Part shown: positions 35,601 to 49,651 of the stretch, one piece after another
How the letters are laid out: each line of letters begins with the position of its first letter
Numbering within the stretch: position 1 is the stretch's first letter
DNA from: Chrysomallon squamiferum
Lineage: Eukaryota > Animalia > Mollusca
Assembly: GCA_012295275.1 (NCBI GenBank)
Contig: CM022675.1
Span: 16,616,001 to 16,680,000 of the forward strand
Direction: 5' to 3'
DNA: 64,000 nucleotides
Notes under the pieces: model-generated
What the model saw: the letters and a program-made list of their open reading frames with translations, nothing else
The model's database searches: none
What the model was told of the DNA's origin: nothing
Made by a program: the position numbers and the translations under genes

Positions 35601-38600
35601 GTTATATTCTATTAGAAAAATATGGTAACACAAAGTTATTCTAGGATCCTGTCAAAATAAAGGAACAAAACTAATTTTTCTTCTGGTATAATGAAGAGAT
35701 GACAGTGTTACTATAAGATCAATACAGCTATTCATAATGGAATGCAGATACATGAAGTGTTCAAGGTTAAATATTAATAAACAAATTAATGATTGTGTTG
35801 AATAAAACCAGATATTTTATCAGCAGGAGATTTTTAGTTACCTTGGCTAGCTTATCTAAGACAGTTCTGATCCTTATCTCAATATATATTTTTTTAATAG
35901 TAATTTTTTTGTTTATTAGTGAATGACATTGGAATTATTTAAAAATGAAATCATAATTATACTGGTTTCTGACAGTTTTAATATACTGATGTTGCATAGA
36001 ATTTTAAAAATTTTAATTGCAATATCCTGAAAGATTTTTTTAAGGAGAAACTGAACAGTTTTGGGATTTAACGTTTTAAAAATTTTAATTTTTCAGAATA
36101 TTTTCATTTCAGACCATAGTGTATGTAGTATTATATCTGTTCACTGGTTGTAAATGACTGAAAATCCATTATTAACAATCAGAAAATCAATAAAAAACAC
36201 CTTTTTTAACCAACTATAAAGCATCATTATCTTAATATATTTAGTTAAATTAACATTACTGAATTGTTTTGTTGTTTAATTGAGTATTTTTGTTATAGTG
36301 TTTACAGTTACACCCACAAGATTTCAGATAAGGAAAAGTCAAGCTGTACAGAGAAAAACCAGTAGTTTGTCGTTTGTTTACTCAAAACACTTCGTGTACA
36401 CTTCACTTTATTTACCTGTTTGTTTTATCTCAGGTGCTTACTTCGATTAAACACACTAAAACAACAATTCACAGGTAATCTAGTCAATGTAATCAAAAAC
36501 TGATTTAAACCGGTCATATGTTTTGTAGGTATAATAGAGATGTCACATACTTTTATGGTTCATTTATTATGATAGATATGCAGGTGCAATATGTTTTTAT
36601 GGTTCATTTGATACAGCAGATATATCTGCATGTATAATATATGTTTTTATGGTTCAGTAATTGTGACAGGTATACAGGTAATATGTTTTTGTGGTTCGGT
36701 TGTTAGACAGGTATGCTGCAATCATTACGACGGGTATACATATTTATGTTTTCATGGTTCAGTGATTTTAAAGGTTCTGTCTTATCTCATAATATTTCTT
36801 GCAACAAGTCATGAAATATTTGTAAGTGATCACTTAAAGTGTTCTTTCATGATGTAAACTAATATCCTAAATACTGTTCTAGTCAACTTCCATAATTATT
36901 ATATTACACCAATAATGTATGAGGAAAGATGGAAACAGAGATTTTCCAGTATATAAAGATGTTATTTATGAAAAGAAAAATGTAAAAAATTAAATTTAAT
37001 ATAAACCCTGACAGACTGAAGATAATGCAGCTATTTAACAATTTAGTCAGTCTATTAGGGATTTTTTCAAAATTGTATACAAAAATAATATTTAAAAAGG
37101 GTCACTTGCAAAGTGTGTGATCTGTTAATTGTTAGTTTCAATTCTTTCAGAACATTTTTGTAAACATAAAACTGTGAGTTGAACTCAGAACTTGTTATTA
37201 TATGAAATCTCATTTTCATTCTGAGTTTGAAGTGTAAATGTGAACAGAGCATTCAGTTTAGGCAGTTTCTTTAACAAGTCCATGGCATCATGCAACCATT
37301 AAAGACAAACTGATAGTGAGACATGAAACTGAAGGCCACAACAGTTTTCTTGTTTTCACCTGCAACTTCCCACAGACAGAAAAGACTTGTATACCAACTT
37401 TTGCTAAACTACTTTGAGCTGTGGTTAGAACAGGAAATAACCAAATGTGTACACTGAGGAGGTCTGATCCTCAGGACAATACTCTGATCACTAAGTGACA
37501 ACCAGCATCACAGGTCTGCACAGAGTATACATCATGTAAGCTTCATACAAAAATAAAACACAGAATCAAAGAGGAAAATACCAACAAGAAAAAACAACAA
37601 CATGAAAGAAACTTCAAAGCTATTTTCAATTAACAGAATTCTTTCTGGGTAAGTATTTTTTAAGGTAACAAAATAATTTCTATGCCATAAAAAAAGATAA
37701 ATTATTCTAGATGTGAAAAAACCCATAACATTTAACTACAGCATTACTAGAGTGTTATTGTGTTTGAATTTGAAATTTTATTACAGGAAAAAGTCATTTA
37801 CTGAACTGCAACCTTTACAGTTTGACATGCAGGCCTGTCAACAGTCATACAAATAATTAGTCTAACAGAATTTTCCCGTATTCCTCATGACTGTTTCTAA
37901 CAGTTTTTGTACTCTATTATTAAGACTGGAGGGCAAAATAAAATATAATTTGACAGACTCTGACTTGGAAAGTTACAGAGCGCGACAGCTCACTTCTCTC
38001 AACAGAAAACAGTTACAAATTTTAACCAAAATACAAATGTTTGTGTTTGTACATTATTTATGTTAGAACACAAGTTAATCTAGTTCTGTCTTTTGACCAA
38101 GTTTCTGATGTTTTTCAGAACAGCAACTACAAAAAAAATGATTAAATAAAGTCATTTTCCTTGTCTGAGGGTTAGACAAAGAAGAAGAAATCATTTCTTT
38201 ATGTCATATTTATCTGTGTAATAGATTCTGAGAGCAAAATTTTAAATATATTATTTATTTAAAAGCTTTTTTGTTGTGGTTCTTATTCTGAAAAAATAAA
38301 CTCTTAAAGGCTGAATTATAAAACATTAAAAAAACATGTAATGAAATTTTATACAAGATTAAAGGCTACTTTATTTAGAACTAGAGAAGAAAGAAAGAAA
38401 AAAGAGAAAAATTAAAACAAAAAAATATTTCCAGTATCTAAATAACTATGTTATACATTTCTTTTTTCTGATTAATTAAAAAAAAAGAAAAAAGAAATAA
38501 TAATAAAAAAAAAAAAAAAAAAAACCCCATAATTGAAAACATGTTGTTTAACATTTTCATTTCAAGGTGAGATTCTGGATGTTTTTTACTGTTACATGTA

Positions 38601-39494
38601 GTTATACCTACTGACGAAGAAGAATAAAAACATCAGGTGACATTAAAGAGATTGTGTTCCTCCTTCTGATAGATGGGTTCCAATCATGTAATTATGTACA
38701 CTTTCTGTAACTTTATAAATGATGTAAAACAAAGTGATCCATCATACTGAAGTTTTCAGGCTGACATATTCATACTTGTTTGTGTCAGAGTACAGACTAC
38801 ACTGTACACTGAAATCAGTTATAATAGCTTTAGCAAAAATATAAAAAAATATGAAAAATATGAAATAAAGAAAAAATCCACATCTAAATTTGTGAAATAA
38901 TAAATGTTAAAAAAATATGTAAGCAGACATCGTTATGCTTGACTGAAGAAAAAAAGGAAAGAAATTAAGAAACAACCGTCACAGAAGGTGTATAAAAGTT
39001 GTGAAGTAACAAAAAGACTGCAGACTTCTACAGCAGGGAACTTTGATGTTTGAGAATGTCAATAAATAAAGGAGGAATGTGAAAAACAGCAAGAAAAAAG
39101 AAGGAGAAAAAACCAACCTTGGTAAACATGAAAAGCAGGTAAAAATTGTGAAATAAAAAATGGTTGTGATGTTTGAATAAACATTGTGATGCAATACAAT
39201 GCAGTGTTGATCAAGTTACTTAGGGGCTAGTTTAAGGACAACAATTTTTAACTTATGAAATGCAACAATTAAAAAAAATAATAATAAAAATTGCACAGAT
39301 AATATTTTTTAACCATGAAGTTTTTCCTCAGACAATAACACAAAGTGTTATGGTTACAGAATTACTGTGGATCTGTAAATAAAATAATAACATGCAGAAA
39401 GGAGAAATAAAGAAAAAGAAGAAGAATTTTTTTTTTGTAATACTCAATATTATACTGTTTCAGACTGGAAATCCATGATTGTAATGTTATGTTA

Positions 39495-39570
39495 TTTTTG
39501 ATTAGCAGCAAGTATCCTTTTACATACACTTTCCCATAAACAGGAACATTCGTACCTTTGATAATCCACC
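39495..39570 (+). mobile_element. SINE-like repeat fragment
   Basis: gattagcagcaagtatccttttacatacactttcccataaacagg, same core as the 1215 and 41220 copies. Confidence 0.45.
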
Positions 39571-41029
39571 TCAAGGCTCATATTGGAATGGGATAATCAG
39601 GAAACTAGTAACACTAAAAGCTTAGGAATAAAATGTTGACAATCTTAAACAAAGTATGTTGATATTTCACAATCCACTGCAAGAGAAATCGTTTTGTGCA
39701 AGTATTTATTTTTCACTTTGAACATTTAAACAAAGATTAAAATTACCCAGATTATATATTTCTGTGCACACCTCAAAAACATTTTAAATGCCAAATGATT
39801 TTACAATTCAAATAAGTCTGAAAAGGAATATATCTAAAATATATCACAAAATGGTTAACAATTTTAAAAAATAAAATTATAAAAATGTTTTATTATTGTT
39901 CCATACTCTGCAGTATTTTACATTGCTAACATTGAATTTTTGTAAAACCATTATCCCAGCAAGTGCCTCGCCAAGGCTGACATCTTTGAAGGTGTTTGTT
40001 GAAGGCAAGTATGGAACGTGGACAGGTATGTGTCACTTCGTCTCGTTATGCGTGGGGCCAGGTAAACTTAACAGGTGCCACAAAACCAGTGCTGCTTTAG
40101 CAGAAGACAGAAATTTGACCTTTGTCAGATTTTCTGAGAGATATTTCATGTAAGATTTCAAATTCTTTCAGGTTTCTGTGACTTGGTTTCTGAATGACTC
40201 ATGACTGAGGTAAATAACCAACACACAGAAAACTGACAACCTGTTTTTTAAAATAGGTAATTTAATAACTTGCTCTTAATACAGGTAACTAATTACGTTG
40301 TTTTAATAAAGTAACTGAAAACTGGTATTAAAACTTATAATTTAGGGACTTAATTTTAAAACAGGTAACAAATTATTTGGTCCTGAAAGAGATGATTAAC
40401 AAATTGGTCTTAAAACAGACAAGTTATTGCCTTAAACCTTAATAATGGTTATTAAAAAAATACCCTTCTTTAAACCGATAACTTAATGTCATGCTTTTAA
40501 TACAGATAATATATTACCTGATCAAATAACAGATAATTAATGAACTTTGCCTTAAAACAGATAATATATTAAGTGGTTATAAAAACTGATAATTCAGTGA
40601 TTTACTTGTAATACAGGTAATAAATTACCTGGTTTCAATATAGGTACTTACTTACCTGTATTTCAGTTTTACCTGCATGAATCACTTTTGAAACTGCTAA
40701 TCAAGTATTCTGTTGTTCAAACAGGTAATTATATAAAATTGTATATCTTGACTTTAAACAGGTGATTATTATATATATTGGGTTTAAACAGGTGAGTGAA
40801 CATTGTGGCATTAAAAAAACATCAAAGAAAAAAGAATGAAAGAAAAACAAAATAAAAAACATTTATCAAGAAGAAAACTAAGGCTGTTTGGATGATGCCA
40901 GCTAAAACTGATTCTTGTATGTTTGCAAGCCTATAAATGAAGGAAGGAAGAAAGGAAAGAAGGAATCAAAGAACGAGGAAGAGTAAATCTGGATGATGGA
41001 AGATAAAAAAGACTGTATAGTACATTTTC

Positions 41030-41300
41030 AAGCCTGTAAATGAAGGACTGAATGAAAGAAAGAATATTTTATAAATTAAGCCTCAACATATTAACAAATG
41101 TTAACAATAAAATGAAATTTTAATTAAAAACATGAAAAAAATCACACTGCTGCTAAAGTCACTGATTTATTTGACATTTTTGTAAAAGAAAACATCCTTT
41201 GATTGCTTTGCCATGAGTTACTCTTTTTTGCTTAGTAGCAAGAGGCCTTTTATTTACATCTTTCCACACACAACAGCACATACCATGGGATTTGATAGTC
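41030..41300 (+). mobile_element. Degraded SINE-like repeat copy
   Basis: (gaaa)n-type end followed by actcttttttgcttagtagcaagaggccttttatttacatctttccacacacaacagcacatacc. Confidence 0.45.
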
Positions 41301-42112
41301 AAGTAATGTCTGACAGAAATACAGGAACATGGTGTGAGAATGTGTCAAGGAACAAATAAAAATTCTACCAAATCTAACATCATTATTACATTCCTTTTAT
41401 AGACTGCTTTGCCTTCTGTTTCTTTCTTTTAGGAGATATAATAATTATTTTAAAAATCCACCAACTTTGCTTAATTTTGTGTATATAGATTATAAAAGTC
41501 TATAATAAAAACAATTACTATATATAGGAAATAAAATAAAATAAAAATAACATACTGAGTAAATGTATTACTGTTCATTAAAGCATTGGTACAAAAAAAA
41601 AAAAAAAAAAAATCACCATGTTTAGAACACTAAATATAATAAATAAATAAATAAATAAATATTTAATACACAAAATACCATTGATCACAGAACAGTAAAA
41701 ATTAACTATTTAAACCATAAATATTTACATAAATCAACTGCACAGTAAATAAAAATCACCTGCAGTTCACATTAAAGGTAAAAAATCAACCTTGGTCTTC
41801 CTATACAAGATGGGCGGACACACATAAATTATTCTTTTATGCACTGCACTGTGAAGCATTCACTTCACAGAAGTAAAGAAAAAATCTAATTCTTTGCCCA
41901 TAATTTTATTTAATGCAGTAAATGTCTTCACTAAGAGACATAAAAACACAATACACATTGCTTACACTCAGCACACAACTACCACAACGTATATCATATC
42001 AGTGTCAACATCGTTTCATAGCACATAAAGGAAATCCCTCGCTTGGAACGCATTTTCCATTCAGCCTTTGTTCACCGGTTTTAAAATGACCCTCACAAAA
42101 CACGACGCCAAG

Positions 42113-42293
42113 TCAGACCGAAAACCTGGCTTTCAGCTCCGTCGCCAGTGCGTCGAGCTGAACAGCTTCTTCATCTGTTAGGTGAGGGTAGACCCGCTCT
42201 TTGTCAATTAGAGCAGAAACAGGCTGGCAGCCAGCAAACATGTAGGGTGGGAACCACTTCATCTTCAGCCATGATGGAAACCCAAGACGTGAC
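42113..42293 (-). CDS. Candidate small coding exon / micro-ORF inside FBXL7 intron 1 (unknown product)
   Basis: GC-rich island; acceptor cactgtgatag|; one frame is open across the exon (SRLGFPSWLK-MKWFPPYMFAGCQPVSALIDKERVYPHLTDEEAVQLDALATELKARFSV*); AATAAA at 41910-41905. Confidence 0.35.
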
Positions 42294-42399
42294 CTATCAC
42301 AGTGAAATGTTCATCTCTTGTACATCAAAAAACTTCTGTGTACCATAAAAAGAAACTGTGACCAATACCTCTCACAGAACTGACATCCCACAAACTTTG

Positions 42400-42780
42400 A
42401 CAAGTGTCATTAATGTAACAAATCTCACTAAAATTGATATATCTCACAGACACTTAAATCTCTCTAGGACTGACAAATAAATCTCACCAAGGCTTATAAT
42501 CTCACTATGACTAATTTATCTCACTAAGTACAAATCACTAAGATATTACTATCAGTAAGCATTATAAATCTTACTGTGACTGATAAATCTCACTAATACT
42601 GATAAAAATATGAGTCTGAAAAATCTCACTATTATTGACAAATCTCACATCAGTTGATAAATCTGTCATTTTTGATAAACTTAATTACTGATAACTCCCA
42701 CTACTATTGACAAATCTCACTACTATTGATAAATCTCACTATTGACAAATTTGACTTGATCTATCTCACTAAGTCTCAAC
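42400..42780. repeat. Degenerate ~21-bp tandem repeat
   Basis: Recurring gacaaatctcacta motif. Confidence 0.7.
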
Positions 42781-43475
42781 TATTTTATTATACCTATATA
42801 ATACCAAAGATAATGTGACTGCACCAGCAGCATAAACCAGAGTCCCTATTACCTGGACATAAATATAAGAACATGAATACATTGAGTTTTACATACATGA
42901 ACGACTGTCTGTTCACAAACCCATTATTTGATTACAAGTGCCAATAAAACGTCAGGTGAACGTTTTTAAGTATCATTTCCATATGACTTAGTGTTTGTTA
43001 AACGATGCCTAAACGTTATTTACATTAATGATTATAAGATGAGAAATAAAACCCCAAACATTTGTAATGACAGAACCTGCTGCTAGGACTCTCTAGGTGA
43101 CTACATTACCAGCAAGGGTTCTTTTATGTTCTGTCTGTGTGTGTGTGTGTGTGTGTAGTGTGAGAAAATGTACCAGTAGTTATACTTGTCTCAAGTGGAG
43201 TAAACAAAATCAAGATGAATAAATGACAGTTGTATGTGTACCTGTCTCAACTCAACAGTCACAGAATACGTTAAACAGCCATTGATAACTGACGTAAGAT
43301 ATTCATTATTATTATTACTTTTGTATTATTGTTTATTATTTATTATTATTTTCTTTTGTACTTTATTATTTCCTCTTCTTCTTATTATTTATTTATTTAT
43401 TTATATATTTATTAATTGCCAAGTATTTTAGTATTTTTATATTATTAGTCTTATTATTATTATTTTATATTTCTG

Positions 43476-43506
<31 letters not shown>

Positions 43507-45503
43507 TAATTAATTTATTATTTTTATTATTTTTGTATTATTATTACTGTTTTATATTTATTATTAATATTTTTGTATTTCTGTATCATTATTTATTTAT
43601 TTATTTGGATAATGATGTTGCAGTTGATGAAACTAATTGCTGTTACAAGATGGTTTACTCTAAACAGTCTGAAGTAACACATTTTTATATGCTGCTCCCC
43701 ATAGACAGGAACAATATGTCAAAGCTTTTAATAAATCAGTCAAGAAAAATTGGTTAGAATAGGAAAGATTAAAATGTGATTATAGAGAACATCTGCTGCT
43801 TTAATCCATGGAGTTCTTACATTATTTAGTAGCAAAAGATATTTTTTAATGAGCCCTCCCATAAATGGTTTTTAATAAAGCAATCATGTAGGAACAGCCA
43901 ATGTTAATATGAGGATCAGCTACTATATTGACAGTTCTCACTAGCTAGCAGAAATATAGCCCATATACGTACCTTCTCATAAATATGAAAATACGTGTAG
44001 ATATTTACAAACCAATCATGGCATGCAAGCTAGAATTGGAAAAAGGCTAATGGTAGGACTAAACAGTATTGATCCTGTTTTTAGACAGTGCTCTGCCTCT
44101 AAGCCCATGCCAGGTTTGAAATATTTATAAAATAAATATAAATAAAAAATACATCTTCTGTATGTTTGTAAACTGAATATTGTAAACATACCTAACCTTG
44201 GTATGACATCATACAACACCTTTAACGAGAAAGAATAAATATATCAGATGTTTCCAGACAAACATTTGACTCAACATGTTGTCAGTATTTACATCACAGA
44301 CAATGCTGACACTGGTAAAAAATAACTTTTTTATATCAAATCAGAATTTTTTGTATTAAAACCAAAAAGGTGTATGAGATATTGCAAACATATTAAATAA
44401 GTATGAATGTTTTGAAAAAATACTGGTTTTTGTTGGTTGTTACAATATTTTTATTGTGAGTAATAAAATATTTTTAAAATTTTCTTTTATACATTTGTTT
44501 TGTTACATATTAAATGCTATTTATAGCAGGCTATATAGTTTATTATCTTATTTTGTGTTAAAGTTACATCATTATATATTTAACATATTAAAATAACAAA
44601 CAGGATAAAAACATTTGTGTGTACTTCTAAAATGATTTAAATACCAAACTTTATAAATAATAAAGTCAGATGCTAATAAATGAAATTTGAAATTAACTAC
44701 GAAAGCTACAATTTTCTTATTGTTCTTTTCTACTTGTGACATTATGTCTTACACAGAAATAAAAAACACAAAATAATTATACAAATTAATTTTTAAAAAT
44801 GTGGCTGCTCTCCTTATTTGCGTTGTCCATGGCAATAAAACCCTCTGGCTTCTCTCCATGGTCTTCCCATAAATCTTGACTTTACAGTGCAATATCAAGT
44901 TGCAGATATACTGGGTCATCATGAAATAGTTCATGGAATGAGATCGGAATTATGTTAGTTAGCTATTTCTGTTGTCTTTAGGGCAGAATAAAAAAGCACG
45001 AGGAAGCTCAGTGGCAGCCACACGTGCAGAGCTGTTGAATTGTGCTGGGTGCAGAATGATTAAAATAAATGTAGTTTTCATTGGTTATACAACAAAGTCA
45101 CTGACTACCATGAAAAGTTGATGAAAACTAACTTGCTTTGGTGCCTTAACATTTCTGGTTGAATCCAATACCACACTTGTCTTGTCCTAAACCAAAATGT
45201 AGCCTGTATATGAGTAGCCCAAGGACTGACAATAATGGCTTTCAATATTCCTATCATTTCTGTACAAATTACTGTAATTATCCTTCATACTAATGTGTTG
45301 GACATTTTGTGTTAACAGACCACACATTTTGTGTGACAGTTTTCCATTAAAGACCTGGGGCAGTGATGTCAATCTGGACAAACTAGCAGGTAGATTACCT
45401 AGACACTGCAGACAACAATCAGACACCTGTAATACTCCTGTTCAACAATTTAGATCTCAATCACACCTCACTGACAGGCTTTTACCTGGGAAATCATCTT
45501 TAC

Positions 45504-45552
<49 letters not shown>

Positions 45553-47004
45553 ATTTTTGATTTGGTTTAGATGTATGTGTGGGTCTATATATATATATAT
45601 ATATACATATGAATGCATGTGTACAGATGTGCTTGTATGTGTTTATACATGTATGTATGAGCATGCATACATGTCAATCTCTGTGTGTAATAACAGCAGG
45701 TGTAATAAAAAACAAGAAAACTGACTGTTCTGCAGGTAAAGGTGGAGACAGGTACGTCTGGAGACAGACTAGAGCCATTAGTCAGGTGCAATTTATCACC
45801 TGTGTGAACAGTTATCACAGGCTTGTCACTTAATGTATCTCATCTCAAAAACAAAGTACATAACAACTCAGATAAGATAATCAAACACTCACGGTTTTAT
45901 TTTTAAAATATTAAACCATAAATTTATAAACATTTGTTTAAATATTTCCATGTTCTCACCTTACTAGGCAGCTGTAGAATTTGCTTCACATTAAAAGACA
46001 ATTTTTACAGAGATGTGTGATTATAATGTAATAGAAAAAAATACAGTTTTATTACTTGTAATCCAACATTATAGTTAATATTCACTACTTTTCTCTCTTG
46101 TTTTGATGTTCAAGAATAGCTGATATTAAAAGTGTTAGAGATTCATGTTATCTAAGATAAGAATTTTAGATATTAAATATATGTGTGTATGTGTGTGTGA
46201 TGTCTATTTTTTCACTTGTGTGTTTTTGCTTATATCTATGTATGTATATATTTATTTATGTATATATGTATGTATGTATCTATATTGTGTTCATATGTGT
46301 TTGTGTTTATGTGTGGTTGTGTCTGTGTGTGTGTGTGTGTCTGTGTGTGTGCATGCATGTGTATGCACATGTATGTATGCATATAAATATACGTACTAAT
46401 ACTTTTCCTAGGTATACAAGCAGGTACTCATACAGTTGTATAAACACTTATAAAAGTCATTTAGAAAAATAAACACACTGGTGTGTTATTCTCACAGGGG
46501 CTACTCTGTCCACCTGACAAAGGTAATCATTTCAGACATATAATTTGCTGATCAATACTAAACGACTCTGAAAGAACTGCCCAGAGCCACAACGCGAGAG
46601 ATCAGCCATGTCCCACTGGGCTCCTGCCCACCGATTACCATTGTCAAAACCAGTGAAGAGCTACACGACAAGGGAGTGCACTCTTTATCCACGTGTCAGT
46701 GATTCGTGTTACTCTGGCATTTGACAGAAACAAGTGAAGCTGAAACTATTTTGCTGTTAAAATAAAAACTCTTTCTTTCCGATTATTTTCAATACTGAAT
46801 GCATTTCAAAGCCTGTAGGTGAAGTAAACATACATTTGTTTGTTCTGCATGAATGAGCAACCAACAACCTATAATGATACTTCTCTTACACACATTTGAA
46901 ACTGGAATAAATAAAACTGAAATTATAATCTGGTTGTAGACAGTTTGTCATATTCCACACCATAAAAAGATAAAATTAGCAGAGAAAGAAGTAAACAGTT
47001 CAAT

Positions 47005-47570
47005 AACACACTAGAGTTACTTATCATTTAAATAACACATTACTATACTAGACTTACTTATTGTTTAAATAAAACATTACTATATTAGATTTACTTATCA
47101 TTTAAATAACACATTACTATATTAGATTTATTTATCATTTAAATAACACATTACTATATTAGACTTACTTATCATTTAAATAACACATTATTATACTAGA
47201 CTTAATTGTTTAAATAACACATTATCAGATGTACTTATCATTTAAATAACACATTACTTATATTAAAGTTATCATTTAAATAACATTACTATATTAGACT
47301 TATTTATCATTTAAATAACACATACTACTATATAAGACTTACTTATCATTTAAATAACACATTACTTATCATTTAAATAACACATTATTATACTAGACTT
47401 ACTTATTGTTTAAATAACACATTACTATATTAGACTTACTTATTTAAATCATTTAAATAGACTTACTTATTGTTTAAATAACACACTTACTTGACCATGA
47501 CCATACTAGAATTAGTTATCATTTAAATAACACATTACTATACTAGACTTATTCATTTAAATAACATACT
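47005..47570. repeat. 37-bp minisatellite
   Basis: atcatttaaataacacattactatattagacttactt unit, ~15 copies. Confidence 0.92.
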
Positions 47571-49591
47571 AGAGAGACAATAACTGAAATAAAGCAACTA
47601 TAGAAACATGGTAATTATACTGAAAAAATCTGGAAATCTAACACTGAAAGTAGTTTTCAAAATTGTTACATACATATTGTTACTACTAAAATAATTTTTA
47701 ATTACAGACAGTAAAAGAAGTTATAAAAATACTTTTGTTCATTTCTGTGACATATATTAAATAAAAACAGGTTTATTTTAATTAAAATCATTGACTTTAT
47801 AAACCCTACATTCGTTTTAATTAAAACAGTAAATCATCTCATTACAATTATTAAAACACTGACTATGAATAATGCATGATAACATTAATATATACTAATG
47901 TAAGTGAAATCAAAATTAAATTGCTAAATTATAATCATGTTAAAGTGTTTTCTGGGTGTAACTGTGGAGGTATCTTGGAATTTAATTTTGGCCCCAATGT
48001 CGCATTTTCAGGGATAGTCCACCGAAGTAAGTAAACTTGAGATGCAAGGTAAACATGTAAGAATTTGTCAATTAAACTGTTTAATACTACACACAGAAAA
48101 CACCTAGTGAGGTATATCTTTAATAGCTAATGAAACAAATTAACCATTTCACCACTAACAGATTTGTACACAATTTTTTTTTATTATTTAAGCAAATTCT
48201 TGTTTTATTTTAATGATCAATCAATAAAGAGAAATAAAGAGAAAAAATTAAAAAACAGAAAAAAAGAAGAAAAGAAAGAATAAAGATGTCTTCTAAACTG
48301 AAAATTTTTTGTAAAGAGCAAAAATTCTAAAAAAAATTATTTTGTATAGATATCTTGAAATTAGTCAAATACAAGACAACACTGATCATTACTAACCTGT
48401 TAATGTTTTACTGTATACTTTATAATTAGCAAAAGTTAGTTATAATTAAAACAAAATAATTACTTTAAGTTTACATATTATTGTTTTACTTTATTATTAA
48501 TAAAGATTTGTTGAACAAATTATTGTATAAAATAGTAATTTGAAAGTGTATAAAATTAATTAAACAATTTGTGGATGCTGTAAACAATACACTATAATTA
48601 GCTACATTATGATTCATTTTGCTTTTAATTAAAATAAACAGTTAATTACACACCTATCATTAAAATATTTGATCCAGTAACCCATCATATCTGAGGCAAA
48701 TGCTTTAACATCTACAACGTGTGCAGTGTTACTATCAGCTGCTCAAGGTTTTCACAGGTTAATGCAGTAGTATGCAATTAAATTTTCTGTAATGTTAATT
48801 GTAAGCACAGTGTAACATACAAACATCTCATCAAATTATTTCTGTCAGGACTTTATGAATATTTAACAAGTTTACTGAAAATACAACAATGTGTAATTAG
48901 TTATTTTAATAATGCATCCCGTTGTTTGTGTGAGAATAAAAAAAATATAAATACAATTAAAAGAAAAACTCACATAATAATATAAATAGAAATAATAAAA
49001 TAATAATAAAAAGAAGTACATAGTCATACATATACACATACAGAGAAAAAGAGCATTCACAGACCAATAACATACATAATGTTCTTGAACAAATCATAAA
49101 TTATTACTTCACACTTTATTGTTATAAAAGAACAGATAAAATAATAAAATGAACTATACACATTAAGGTAGGTACATTAAGAATAATAATTAAATGTACT
49201 TATTATGACAGGTACAAATACACAAATGGGGACTCTAGGAAGAACCTCGATTGCTGTTGCTTAGCAACAATCTATATCAAGATGGCAGAATGTGTTTTAA
49301 CATGTAAAAATGACAAGTCTCTGTCTAAACATATCAAGTAATCATTTTTTGTTCACTTTGTACTCCAGTTTTTTTTCTTATTTCATAGACTGTTTAGAGA
49401 AATCTCATCAAATTGTATTTGAAATAAATAATTCAAAAACAAGCATATGTTGTTGATACATATTTAATATCTACAATAATTAATCTATAAAAGATGGATG
49501 TTTTCAGTTTTTAAAATTTGTTTGACCTTTTGTCTTTTCAGTACTTCATTTGCTTTTCGCGTACAACAACAATAAAATTTTACACACACAC

Positions 49592-49651
<60 letters not shown>

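Noticed and set aside
46500-46710. GC-richer island with short open frames on both strands
   Set aside because: No convincing splice-bounded frame; more likely a regulatory element, but not supportable
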